Origin: the human T2T-CHM13v2.0 reference genome, Homo sapiens
Assembly: GCF_009914755.1 (NCBI RefSeq)
Contig: NC_060943.1
Length of the DNA stretch: 64,000 bases
Strand: one strand, 5' to 3'
Each line of letters begins with the position of its first letter. Positions within the stretch are counted from its first letter, which is position 1. The notes under the pieces were generated by a model. The model was not told the DNA's origin, ran no database searches, and was given only the letters and a program-made list of their open reading frames with translations. The translations under genes and the position numbers were made by a program. Positions 31,228-55,950 of this stretch are shown one piece after another.

Positions 31228-32561
31228 TCATGAACATTGCTCTTGGGATCCCTGCCTGGGGGTGGCCACGAGAGAGGCTGTGGGTCTTGCGCAGCCACAG
31301 AAGGGGAGCAGAGCCCTGTCCCCGACTCCCCGCCAGTGCAGAAGGGGTACACCCTCTCTCCACAGCCTGGCCTCAGTTCTGGGGACTGCCTGGCTATTGG
31401 GGAGAGGGCAGAGCCTCTTGGAGCTTGTAATTAAGGCTTCAGAGGCACCGACTTAATTACTACCTTGTGAAGGGTTAATTACCCCTAATTGTTCAGGAAT
31501 CAGGCAATTTTTGTGCCTTCAGAGAATCAAAATATTTTCCCTTCCAGAAGTGCCTCCTCCCTTTTGCTTTTTCTAATTTCCCTGCAAGGAGGGGCACGAT
31601 GGGCTGGGTGGGGTCCGGAGGATCGGAAACCACCAGTCTCCCCTCAGAGAACACACTTGCCGGGCCTGCCGCAAGCAAGAGCGGGATTCAGAGGAGAGAG
31701 GTTCCCAGCCAGCTCAAGGCAGGAAGACTTCCTGGAAGAGGTGGCCATGGGTTGGTCTTAAGGACCCCAAGTCAACCTCCCAGGTAAGCCAAGGGCTCCT
31801 AGAATTCTGTGCCACCTAGAGGGTAGCAGGGCCTGGGGAAGCTGGAGCTGATGGTTTCAGGCATGGGAATGCTGCCTGGAGTCTCAGTTTCCTCACTTGT
31901 TAAATGGGGCCAGGGCTGCGATGAGCCAGGCAGAGTGAGCAGGGAATAAAGGCTGCCCTCGGAGATGAAATCCTGGTGGGCACCGAGGAGACATCACTCA
32001 TCTGCAGCTCATCTAGCTTGTTGCTCCTCTGCCTGGGTTTGTAGTAATGTAAGAATTAGGGCCCACCCACTTCCCAGCCCTCATCTCCCTGCCTTCCTCC
32101 TAACCCCCTTGATGGGCTTTGAACACACCGCACTGGTTCCCAACTCAGAACTTTTGTCCCTGGTGTTCCCCCTGCCTGGCTTACTTTCCCCCCTGATGGT
32201 GCTGTGTCTGAGAAGCTTTTGTCCTGAAATGTCACCTCCTCCAGGGAGCCTTCCCTGACCACCCTCTCTCCCCTGAACCACTCCTTCCTGGGAATTCTCC
32301 AGCTTATCACACTTCTTCTTTTTTTTTTTTTTTTTTTTTTCAGGCGGAGTGTCGCTCTGTCGCCCAGGCTGGAGTGCAGTGGCGTGATCTCTGCTCACTG
32401 CAAGCCCCTCCTCCCAGGTTCACACCATTCTCCTGCCTCAGCCTCCTGAGTAGCTGGGACTACAGGCACCCGCCACCACACCCGGCTAATTTTTTGTATT
32501 TTTAGTAGAGACGGGGTTTCACCGTATTAGCCAGGATGGTCTCCATCTCCTGACCTCGTGA

Positions 32562-32822
<261 letters not shown>

Positions 32823-33118
32823 TAATATTTTTAGTGGAGATGGGGTTTCACCATGTTGGCCAGGCTGGTCTCGAACTCTTGACCTCAAGTGATCTGCCCA
32901 CCTCGGCCTCCCAAAGTGCTGGGATTACAGGCATGAGCCGCTGTGCCCGGCCCTTGCTCTCTGTTTTTACAGAGACAGGGTCTCACTCTGTTGCCCGGGC
33001 TGGAGTGCAGTGGTATGCTCATAGCTCACTACAGCCTTGAACTCCTGGCCTCAAGCGATCCTCCAAAGTAGCTGGGACTATAAGCACGCACCACCACATC
33101 TAGATAATTTAAAAATAG

Positions 33119-33277
<159 letters not shown>

Positions 33278-33429
33278 TAGATCCTGGCTGGGTGACTCAG
33301 GGCCCAGTATCCTCATCTGTGAAATGGGGGTGATGACAACAGCCTCCTCAGAGTTCCAGACCTGACTGTGGTGGCCGTGGGGGTCCGGTGGGTTGAGACC
33401 TTCTTCTATGGCCAAGGAGTGGACTTGGG

Positions 33430-33489
33430 GGAGCAGGGCAAGTGAGCCAGGAGCAGGGGCCAGAGGGCCGGAGCAGGGCAAGTGAGCAA
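33430..33489. repeat. 20-bp minisatellite, 3 units
   Basis: GGAGCAGGGCAAGTGAGCCA / GGAGCAGGGGCCAGAGGGCC / GGAGCAGGGCAAGTGAGCAA. Confidence 0.8.
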
Positions 33490-33680
33490 GGCTCAAGTGA
33501 TGGGTCAGTCAGAAGGGGTTAGAGGACTGACATGGTGTCTCACGCCTGTAATCCCAGCACTTTGGGAGGCTAAGGCGGGCAGATCACTTGACATCAGGAG
33601 TTCGAGACCAGCCCGGGCAACATGGTGAAAGCCCGTATCTACTAAAAATATGAAAATTAGAGGCCGGGCGCGGTGGCTCA

Positions 33681-33953
<273 letters not shown>

Positions 33954-34994
33954 TCAAAAAAAAAAAAAAAAGAAAGAAAGAAAGAAAAAAAGAAATTAGC
34001 TGGGCATGGTGGCGGGCACCTATAGTCCCAGCTACTCAGGAGGCTGAGACACAAGAATCACATGAACCCAGGAGGTGGAGATTGCAGTGAGCAAAGATCG
34101 CACCACTGCACTCCAGCCTGGGTGACAGAGCGAGACTCTGTTTCAAAAAAAAAAAAAAAAAAAAGGGCGTGGTTAGAGAGGAGGCAGACTTGGGAACAAT
34201 GGGTATACTGTTATGACCTCATTTTATAGATGGGGAAAGTGAGGCCCCAGAAAGGTGAAGTCACTTAGCGAGGGCACGCAGCCCTCTAGTGGGGGAGCCA
34301 TAATTCATTCCCATACTGGGCAGAGTCCCCCACACAGAGTGGGGGAGGGGATGGCAGGGGAAGGCGGAGGAGGGAATGATGGGTGGAGAGCTGTTTGGCA
34401 GAAAGGTGAAATACGGTTTTGATTCAGCTGTGTTGGAGGACATAGTGACTCTGCCAAGATATAGTAGAGATTAAATTAGAGATAGAGGCCAGGCGCGCTG
34501 GCTTACGCCTGCAATGTCAGCATTTTTGGAGGCTAAGGTGGGCCGATCACTTGAGGTCAGGAGTTTGAGACCAGCCTGGCCAACATGGCTAAACTCCGTC
34601 CCTACTAAAAATACAAAAATTAGCCAGGCATGGTGGCAGGTGCCTGTAATCCCAGCTACTCGGGAGGCTCAGGCAGGAGAATTGCTTGAACTGGGAGGCA
34701 GAGGTTGCAGTGGGCCAAGATCATGCCACTGCACTCCAGCCTGGACCAGAGTTGGTCCTGAAAAAAAAAAAAAAAAAAAGAGAGAGAAAGGAGGAAGGAG
34801 GGAGGGAGAGAAGAAAGAAGAGAGTGAGCAAGGGAGGGAGGGAGAGGTGGTTGATTGGGGAAGACTATTCTAGTTGCAAGTAAAAAATCCAAACCCAAAC
34901 TGGCTTAAAGAAAAAATAATGATAATTTATTGGTTTGTGTCATTGAAAAGTTTAAGATATGTTGGCTTCAGGGACAGCTGGATTCACGGGCTCA

Positions 34995-35135
<141 letters not shown>

Positions 35136-35398
35136 TTAAAAAATAAGGAGGGAGGATCACTCGAGCCTGGGAATTGAGGCTGCAGTGGAACCATGATCGT
35201 GCCACTGCACTCACACCTGGGTGACAAAGTGAAGCCCTGCTTCAAAAGAAGAAAATAATAATTCCTGGGCTCCCTCTGATTGGACAGTTTGGGGTCACAT
35301 GTCATTTAGGAACCAATCACAGTGGCTAGAAAGGATAGAATGAGTCCATGAGCCACTCCTGTTGATGAGGGTGGGGATGGCCCTACAGACCTCAGTAG

Positions 35399-36630
<1,232 letters not shown>

Positions 36631-37258
36631 CACAGGAAGAACAGACGGCCAGACCAACATAACAGCTGTCACAGATACAGGAAGAGATTTTATATCTCCC
36701 TGCGGTTGGTTTTGTTGCCTTTTCACACGACTCATGGGGCGAGGCACCAGTGGGGTGAGGAGCTGGGAGGACAGGCCACCCCAGAGTTCCCCTTCCCAGG
36801 AGTCAGGGAGCCCCCACCCCACCATGTCCCAGGACACACTCGGGCAGGGCTGCCAGGAGTGTTTGTGTTTCACCCTCTCTAGATGGGTGGAAATGAGGTG
36901 TGGCTGGGGAGGTGGTGGGGTGGCCAGGAGGGAAGCTGGGTCCCGGAGAGGCAGGACCCGTGAAGGCATCGGGGAAGGGGGTGCCCCCTCTGAGAAGGCA
37001 CAGGGGTCTTGCTGTCTCCTTTCTCTATTTGAGTATCAAAGGCCTGCTCAAGCCCGAAGCTAAAGGGAAGGTCAAGGATGTTGGGGGTGTCAGGCTGTGG
37101 GTGGCTGGGTTTGGTCACAGCTGCAATTGTACTGCCGATAAGGACCCTCGAGGCTGAATGTCAGCCCGGCCAGGGTTGGGCAACATCCTGTTGGGGAAGT
37201 CTCTTCTAGTTATGGTTTTCGCTTCTCCAGCCCTGCCCTGACCCTAATGGGAGAATTA

Positions 37259-42560
<5,302 letters not shown>

Positions 42561-42561
42561 A

Positions 42562-43030
42562 AGACCTGAAGGGGGCGAGAGAAAGCCATGTGGGGATCTG
42601 GAGGAGGAGGTGGTGCTGCAAGTGAGAGGGAGCTGCCGTGCAAAGCCCCTAAGGTAGGAGCATGCCCAAAACGGCGAGGAAGCTGGCCTGGCTGAAGGGA
42701 ATGAGCAAAGGGGAGAGAAGGAGGAGGTGAGGGCAGATAAGTGCTGAGCAGATCCTGCAGGGCCCTGTGGGCCACAAGAAGGAATTTGGCTTTTGCACTG
42801 AGTGAGGTGGGAGCCCTGGAGGGTCCTTGAGCAGAGGAGGGACGTGCCCTGACAGAAAAGCATGGAGCGGGCGAGCAAGGGCAGGAGCCAGGAGACCAGG
42901 GCAGAGGAGTCTGCACTGGGCCAAGGGGGAGTTGATGGGGCCGGACCAGGTAGGGGCTGTGGAGGAGGTGAAAAGTGAGTAGATGCTGGATAGATTTTGA
43001 AAATAGAGCTCTCGGGATTTGCTGATACAA
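42562..43030. mobile_element. L2 fragment
   Basis: agacctgaagg...gtgcaaagcccctaaggtagga...ggaatttggcttt...tggatagattttgaaaatagagc. Confidence 0.65.
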
Positions 43031-43175
43031 TAGAGAGAGAGAGAAAGGGACAGGGGCAGAGATAGAGGCCAGGCATGGTGGCTCATGCCTGTAATCCCAG
43101 TACTTTGTGGGGCAGAGGCAGGAGGGTCACTGAAGCCTAGGAGTTCAAGACCAGCCTGGGCAACAAAGTGAGACC

Positions 43176-43530
43176 GGGGAAGGAGAAGGAAGGAAGGAAG
43201 GAAGGGAGGGAGGGAGGGAGGGAGGGAGGGAGGGGAGGAAGGAGAAAGAAAGGGAGGAGAGATAGAGATAGAGGAAAGAAAGAAAGAAGGAAGGAGAAGA
43301 AAGAGGGAAGGAAGGAAGGAAGGAAGGAAGAAATGGAGGGAGGGAGGGAAGGAAGGAAGGAGAAAGAAAGGGAGGAGAGACAGAGATAGATGAAAGAAAG
43401 AAGGAAGGAGAAGAAAGAAAGAGAGGGAAGGAAGGAAGGAAGGAAGGAAGGAAGGAGAGACAGAGAACGAAGAAAGAGAAGAAAGAAGGAAACAGAAAGA
43501 GAGAACAAAATAAAACAGAGACAGAGACAT
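43176..43530. repeat. Polypurine (GGAA/GGGA/GAAA) tract with a 118-bp higher-order duplication
   Basis: GGAGAAAGAAAGGGAGGAGAGA at 43241 and 43359, each followed by (T/C)AGAGATAGA and (GGAA)n. Confidence 0.9.
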
Positions 43531-43680
43531 GGAGGACTCCAAGTATTTTGCCCCAAGAATCTGGGCCAAAAGAAAGGAAACAAGGTGGCCGGGCGCGGTG
43601 GCTCCCGCCTGTAATCCCAGCACTTTGGGAGGCCAAGGCGGGTAGATCACGAGGTCAGGAGATTGAGACCATCCTGGCTA

Positions 43681-44720
<1,040 letters not shown>

Positions 44721-44894
44721 TTGCTTTTGACTGAATCCTGACCACCTGGACCCTGATCTAGCTACTGAGGAGATAAAGTAACCAACACTTAAAAGCTAAC
44801 CTTCAGGCATTCTGGGAGGCTGAGACTGACGGATCACTTGAGGTCAGGAGTTCAAGACCAGCCTGGCCAACAAGATGAAACCTCGTCTCTACTA

Positions 44895-45519
<625 letters not shown>

Positions 45520-45727
45520 TCAGCAACAATGAAAAAGTGACAGGGCCAGGACTTGACCCCTGACCATTTTGTTCTACAGCCTTTCATGGGAAAGACAGAT
45601 GAGTTTTCGACCTTCCAGAGCCTTTGATCCAGAGGAGAGAGGCAGGAAATAGCAAATGGATAAGAATATGCCATTCGGTGACTAGGGCAATGGAGATTGC
45701 AAAAGATGGTGGCTGGGAAATGGGGCT

Positions 45728-46154
<427 letters not shown>

Positions 46155-46777
46155 CTAGGAATACTAGAGGAGAGGAGGTGAGGCAGACAGGCTCCAAGAC
46201 TCCTCCATGATTCCCACCTCCTGATGTCTGCACTCTGTGTGATCCCTCGAGTGTGAGCTGGACCCAATAACTTGCTTCTAACAATAGACTAGGACAATGT
46301 ATGCCAGGAGCAGTGGCTCACGCCCATAATCTCAGCACTTTGGGAGGCTGAGACAGAGGGATCACTTGAGCCCAGGAGTTCAAGACCAGTCTGGGCAACA
46401 TAGCAAGACCCCATCTCTATAAAAATTCAAGCATTAGCTGGGTGTGGTGGTGCACACCTGTAGTCCCAGCTACTCGGGAGGCTGAGGTGGGAGGATTGCT
46501 TGTGCTCAGGAGGTCAATGCTGCAGTGAGCTATGATTGTGCCACTGCACTCCAGCCTGGGTGACAGAGTGAGACCTTGTCTCTCTCATATATGTGTATAT
46601 ATATATACATATATTTTTTTTTTGAGATGGAGTCTCATTCTGTTGCCCAGGCTGGAGTGCAGTGCAGTGGTATGATCTCTACTCACTCCAACCTCCGCCT
46701 CCTGGGTTCAAGCGATTCTCGTGCGTCAGCCTTCCAAGTAGCTGGAATTACAGGTGTGCAGTATCACGACCTGCTAA

Positions 46778-46906
<129 letters not shown>

Positions 46907-46934
46907 TGACCTATGTGTATATATATACATATCT

Positions 46935-46935
<1 letters not shown>

Positions 46936-46975
<40 letters not shown>
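46936..46975. repeat. (TAGA)10 tetranucleotide STR
   Basis: Read directly. Confidence 0.95.
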
Positions 46976-46976
<1 letters not shown>

Positions 46977-46979
46977 TTA

Positions 46980-47145
46980 ATGTTACCATTTTATTCATCA
47001 TGGTTTTGCATTAATCTTGACTTTTACAAAATATCACAATAAAATAATATTTATGAGTTCAGGACAAAGTTCTTGAGTTCTTTGACACCCCCTGAAATTT
47101 TGTTCCCAAGTCAAGCATCCACCTTGCCTCTCATTCCAGCCCTAC
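46980..47145. mobile_element. MER96B-like hAT relic
   Basis: ttttgcattaatcttgac...gacaccccctgaaattttg.tccca..caagc..cc.ccttgcctc..ttccagccct. Confidence 0.5.
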
Positions 47146-48099
47146 AGCTTAATGATATGAGACCATCGTCATGCACAAGACAGGACTGGATGAGTGACAT
47201 CTACAGATTCTGCTGCCACACTGGACTCAAGGCAGGTTCAGTTCTGCTGCAGTAACAAGCCAGGGAAAAAAATGAGCCAGGCATGGTGGCACACACCTGT
47301 AGTCCCAGCTACTTTAAGCCCCAAATCTCAGGAGCTTAAAACATCAGAGGTTTCACTTTTCACTCAGCCAGCATCTGGCATGTTGCCCGTTGCCAAGGCA
47401 GAAGAAAAAGAACATATAGCATGCTCTGCAGCAGCTCTTAAAGCCTCTGCCCAGAAGTGACACAAGTCAAACCTGCTCACATGCCATTGGTCAGAGCAAG
47501 TCACGTGGCCACACAAGTGGGTGGAGCAATGCCTTCCTACCTTGTACCTGGAGGGAGAAAGAGCTGGAATATTGGTGAATCGCTCAGTGATCATAGCAGT
47601 GTCCCTGGGTGAGGTCCAGAGGGCAGCTGTATGTCTGGAGGTAGACAGGGAGGTCCAGGTGGAGACATGTAAGAGGCTTTGGGATATAATTGGTATTGAC
47701 TTCTTGGAGGGCCTGATCACCCCCTACTATGGAGGACACATGGGGGTCACCTGCCAGGACCCACAGGATGGGAATCCTGCCCCAGTCTCCTCTGAGACTG
47801 GATTTTTTTTTTTTTTTGATTTTTTTTTTGAGACAGGATCTCGCCGAAGTACAGTGGTGCAACCATATAGTTCGCTGCAGCCTCAACCTCTTGGGCTCAA
47901 GCAATCCTCCTGCCTCAGCCTCCCGAGTAGCTGGGACCAGAGTCATGTGCCATCAGGCCTGGGTAATTTTTAAACTTTTTTTGTAGAGATGGGGGTGCGG
48001 GTCTCGCTATGTTGCCCTAGCTGGTCTTGAACTCCTGGCCTTAAGCGATCCTCCTGCCTCGTCCTGCCAAAGCGAGCCACCGTGCCTGTCCTTCAGCCT

Positions 48100-50334
<2,235 letters not shown>

Positions 50335-50744
50335 TGACCTCGTGGATAGCAGGCAGCCCAGAGCTGGCTCCTCGGGCCGGACAGAAGCTGGGCATGAGAG
50401 GCTGTCGTGGGAGTGACAATTCCACTAGGGGAATGCCAGATTGCCACTGAACTTTGTCACTAAGACCCACACCAAAGGCCCCAGAAAGCCCCAGTGACAC
50501 TTTTGCCCCTAGATAGGAGGGTACCGACAGGAAATGCTGTCAGAAAAATGCCTCCTTGTACACTCAAAAATGGCTTTTGCCGTCTGCCCAGAGGGGCCCC
50601 TCTCCCCCTGACTCACCGTAGCAGCGCGTGGAGGACAATTTTGGCTGTGACAACGTCACGCCCGCTGCGGGGAGTTGATCTGCAAGCCACAAACGTCATT
50701 CATTCCTCTCCACCTCCAGGATTTGGAACATCTCCCCGGACCAC

Positions 50745-51350
50745 AGATTTTTCCTTCAATCAACTTGCTTTTCCTTTAAAAAAAAAAAAAAAACTTAAAT
50801 GAATTTATTTGGGAAGGAACTTTTATGCCACCACCACAAAAGGAAACAAAAGGAAACCAGGGCCATTTCCATAAGTAGAAAGCAACAGCAAAAGGACCTA
50901 TATTTGTAGGGGTGGGGGTGAAATTAAACTTGCTTCCTGCTGTCGCCTGGTTGAAGCCTCAAGAGCCGGGACTAGGGTAGGGAGAGGGAGGTGCCCAGGC
51001 GTAGAATATAATGAGTCGCTCACTCGCAGGACCCTGGGATCCACAGCCTCACCCTCCAGTGAAGCTCTGGATCAAAGAGACTGCTCTTTTTGTTTAAAAA
51101 AAAAAATTGAAAGGAGACAAAAAGGGAAAGAAATAGGCCAGGCGCAGTGGCTCACGCCTGTAATCCCAACAGTTTGGGAGGCAGAGGCGGGAGGATCGCT
51201 AGAGCTCAGGAGTCCAAGACCAGCCTGGGCAACATAATGAGACCCCTGTCTCATTATAAAAAAGTAAAGAAAAAAAATGGGGAAGGAAATTAAAAACCGA
51301 AAGCGACGACTGAAGTGTTTAGAGGTGTCAGAGATATAGCTGTGAAAAAC
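50745..51350. mobile_element. MER113-like hAT-Charlie relic (Alu inserted)
   Basis: taaatgaatttattt...ggaacttttat..cacc...ggaaaccag...ccataagtagaaag resembles recalled consensus. Confidence 0.4.
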
Positions 51351-52019
51351 TCAGACTTCTTTTTTTTTTTTTTTTTTTTTTTGAGACAGAGTTTCGCTCT
51401 GTCGCCCAAGCTGGAGAGCAGTGGCGTCATCTCGGCTCACTGCAACCTCTCTGCCTCCCAGGTTCAAGCAATTCTCCTGCCTCAGCCTCCTGAGTAGCTG
51501 GGATTACAGGCATGCGCCACCATGCCCGGCTAATTTTTGCACTTTTAGTAGAGGCAGGATTTCACCATGTTGGCCAGACTGGTCTCAAACGCCTGACCTC
51601 AAGTAATCCACCTACCTCAGCCTTCCAAAGTGCTAGGATTACAAGCATAAGCCACCATGCCTGGTCTATTTTATTTATGTATTTATTTTATTTTATTTTT
51701 TTGAGACAGAGTCTCACTCTGTCACCCTGGCTGCAGTGCAGTGGTGCGATTTCGGCTCACTGCCACCTCTGCCTCCTAGGCTCAAGTGATCCTCCCACCT
51801 CTGCCTCCCAAGTTGCTGAGACTACAGGTGCACACTACCATGCCCAGCTAATTTGTGGAGTTTTTGTAGAGATGAGGTCTCGATATGTAGCCCAGGCTGC
51901 TCTTGAACTGCTGGACTCAAGCAATCTTCCTGCCTCGGTCTCCCAAAGTGCTGGGAATACAGGCATGAGCCACTGCACCCGGCCTGTTTTTTTTTTTTGT
52001 TTTTGTTTTTTTTTTTTAT

Positions 52020-52860
<841 letters not shown>

Positions 52861-53636
52861 CTGGAAAGAAGTGAAAGGGAGACCTCCATCCAAGGGACAG
52901 AGCCCTGGGGATGGGTTGATTCTCACCAATGCTTTCCCATCGCTTCTTTCTGGTACTGGCTGGGACCGTCAGTGCCATCCATGGCCCTAATTCTCGGGAA
53001 CCCACAAGCCCACAACAGAAGAGGCCCAGAGGCATGCGGAGGGGTTGACCCGGGTGGGCACCCAGCCTGAATAAGCCCCCTTCCTCCCCTGGCCTTCCCC
53101 ACCCATCGAAAGTCAAGGGAAGGATTCTGAGACCCCCATCCTCACAGTGACCCCCAGAAGCCTGACCCCATCCTTATCGGGACATCAGCACCACCCCGCT
53201 CAGAAGACTTTGCAAAATGGGGAAGACACTGAGAGCTGCAAGAAAGTGACAAAAATGCCACCAAGTGTCACACAGCGTTCCCAGCTCAGGGCTTCTTGTT
53301 GGCTGCCACCAGTTCCCCACCCCCACAGCCACCCCTGAGCTGTTCCCCTCCCCCACCCTACTCTCCTTTGCTTCCTCTAAACGCTTCTCCTTAAAACCTT
53401 TAAACATTTTAAAATTCTTTTTTAAATATTTGTATAGAGCCTCAGGTTTATAGAATAAATGAAACAATGCAATTCTTGGGACCATCGGTCTATCCATGAT
53501 CAGCTTTATTTTACTTACTTATTTACTGAGACAGAGTCTCACTCTGTGGCCCAGGCTGGAGTGCAGTGGTGAGATCATAGCTCACTGCAACCTCAAACTC
53601 CCAGGCTCAAGAGATTCTCCCACCTCAGCCCCCTGA

Positions 53637-53867
<231 letters not shown>

Positions 53868-53947
53868 TGATAAAATCACGTCTGAATATAACCGCAAAAC
53901 ACCACATGCCTGCGTTACATGGCGTTATGTTAAACAGCCATCATTTT

Positions 53948-54176
53948 GGCTGGGTGCAGTGATCCATGCCCATCTCTACTAAAAATACAAAAAAATTAGC
54001 CGGGCGTGGTGGTGCGCGCCTGTAATCCCAGCCACTTGGGAGGCTGAGGCAGGAGAATGGCTTGAACCGGGGGGCGGAGGTTGCAGTGAGCCGAGATTGT
54101 GCCACTGCACTCCACACTCCAGTCTGTCGACAGAGCAAGAGACTCTGTCTCAAAAACACACACACACACACACACA
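53948..54176 (+). mobile_element. Alu with large left-arm deletion and (CA)n tail
   Basis: ggctgggtgcagtgatccatgcc jumps directly to catctctactaaaaatac; TSD AAACAGCCATCATTTT at 53932-53947 and 54177-54192. Confidence 0.8.
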
Positions 54177-54379
54177 AAACAGCCATCATTTTAGGAAACG
54201 TTTATACCTGGAAACTTCTGTGTGTATTATTCACAATTTGCGGGAATAAAGAATTTTACTTTGCAAGAAAATATGTAAATTAAAAAATAAAAGGGAAGGA
54301 AGGCATACCCATGAGCCTCCCTCTTCACCAAGAACTGAGATATGACCTTGTTCCCATGCTCCCATGTTTATCTTGCTGA

Positions 54380-54895
<516 letters not shown>

Positions 54896-55854
54896 TGAGT
54901 AGCTGGGATTACAGGTGCCTGCCACCACACCTGGCTAACTTTCATACTTTTAGTAGAGATGGGGTTTCACCGTGTTGGCCAGGCTGGTCTTGAACTCTTG
55001 ACCTCAGGTGATCCGCCCGCCTCAGTCTCCCAAAGTGCTGGGAGGTTACAGGGGTGAGCCACTGAGCCCGGCCGCCTTGTTTATTTTTCAAAGTCTTCTT
55101 GCATATGTTTGTATCCTGAAACCAAATCTCGTTTTATGATCTTTGTGTCTGAGCTTTTTCGCAAGGTGGCTTTTTCCTATGGGGCTTTGGAGACTTTTTC
55201 AAGATTCTACTGTGGAATCTGTCACGCTGCAATTTAAGATTTTTTTCTCCTGACTTCACTAAGTTTTTAAATTGAAGAAAGAGGTGTGGCTAGGCATGGT
55301 GGCATGCACCTGTAACCCCAGCATTTTGGGAGGCTGAGGTGGGCGGATCACTTGAGGGTCAGGAGATCGAGACCAGCCTAGCCAACATGGTGAAACTCCA
55401 TCTCTACTAAAAATACAAAAATTAGCCAGGCGTGGTGGCGTGTGCCTGTAATCCCAGCTTCTAGGGAGGTTGAGGCAGGAGAATTGCTTGAACTCAGGAG
55501 GCGGAGGTTGCAGTGAGCCGAGATCTCGCCACTGCACTCTAGTTCGGGCAACAGAGCAAGACTCTGTCCCCTGCCCCCCCTCAAAAAATTGCACACCCCT
55601 GGAGTTATTTTTTCACAGCTGTATAATATTCCAAGTGCTTTATAAAGTTACCGCTGAGGAAGTGCTAGGGTTTTATTAATGACTTAATGACCATCATGTT
55701 CATAGATTGCTTTGAAGGATTAATGATGCCCTTTTAAGCATTTCACCCTTTTCTTCCTCCTTACTGCCCCAAATCTTGGTGATCTCTGGGAGGGGCCAAG
55801 ACTGGGGACACTTTTGGGCCCAGCTGCCCATGAGGACCCCACTTCTGCTTCGGC

Positions 55855-55950
55855 CACTTCTGCTCAGCTATCCTCGAGGTTGCTTATATACCATCTATTT
55901 ATAACCCCGCCCCCCCACCCCACGTCACCCGCCCCCTGCCAGGGCAACCA
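55855..55950 (-). promoter_or_regulatory. Candidate minus-strand TATA promoter
   Basis: Minus strand reads GGGGGCGGG-TGACGTG-GGGTGGGGGGGCGGGG-TTATAAATAG-ATGG-TATATAAG. Confidence 0.45.

Noticed and set aside
42649-43650. 333-aa minus-strand ORF rich in S/F/L/P
   Set aside because: Stop-free translation of the CT-rich simple repeat plus Alu and L2 sequence
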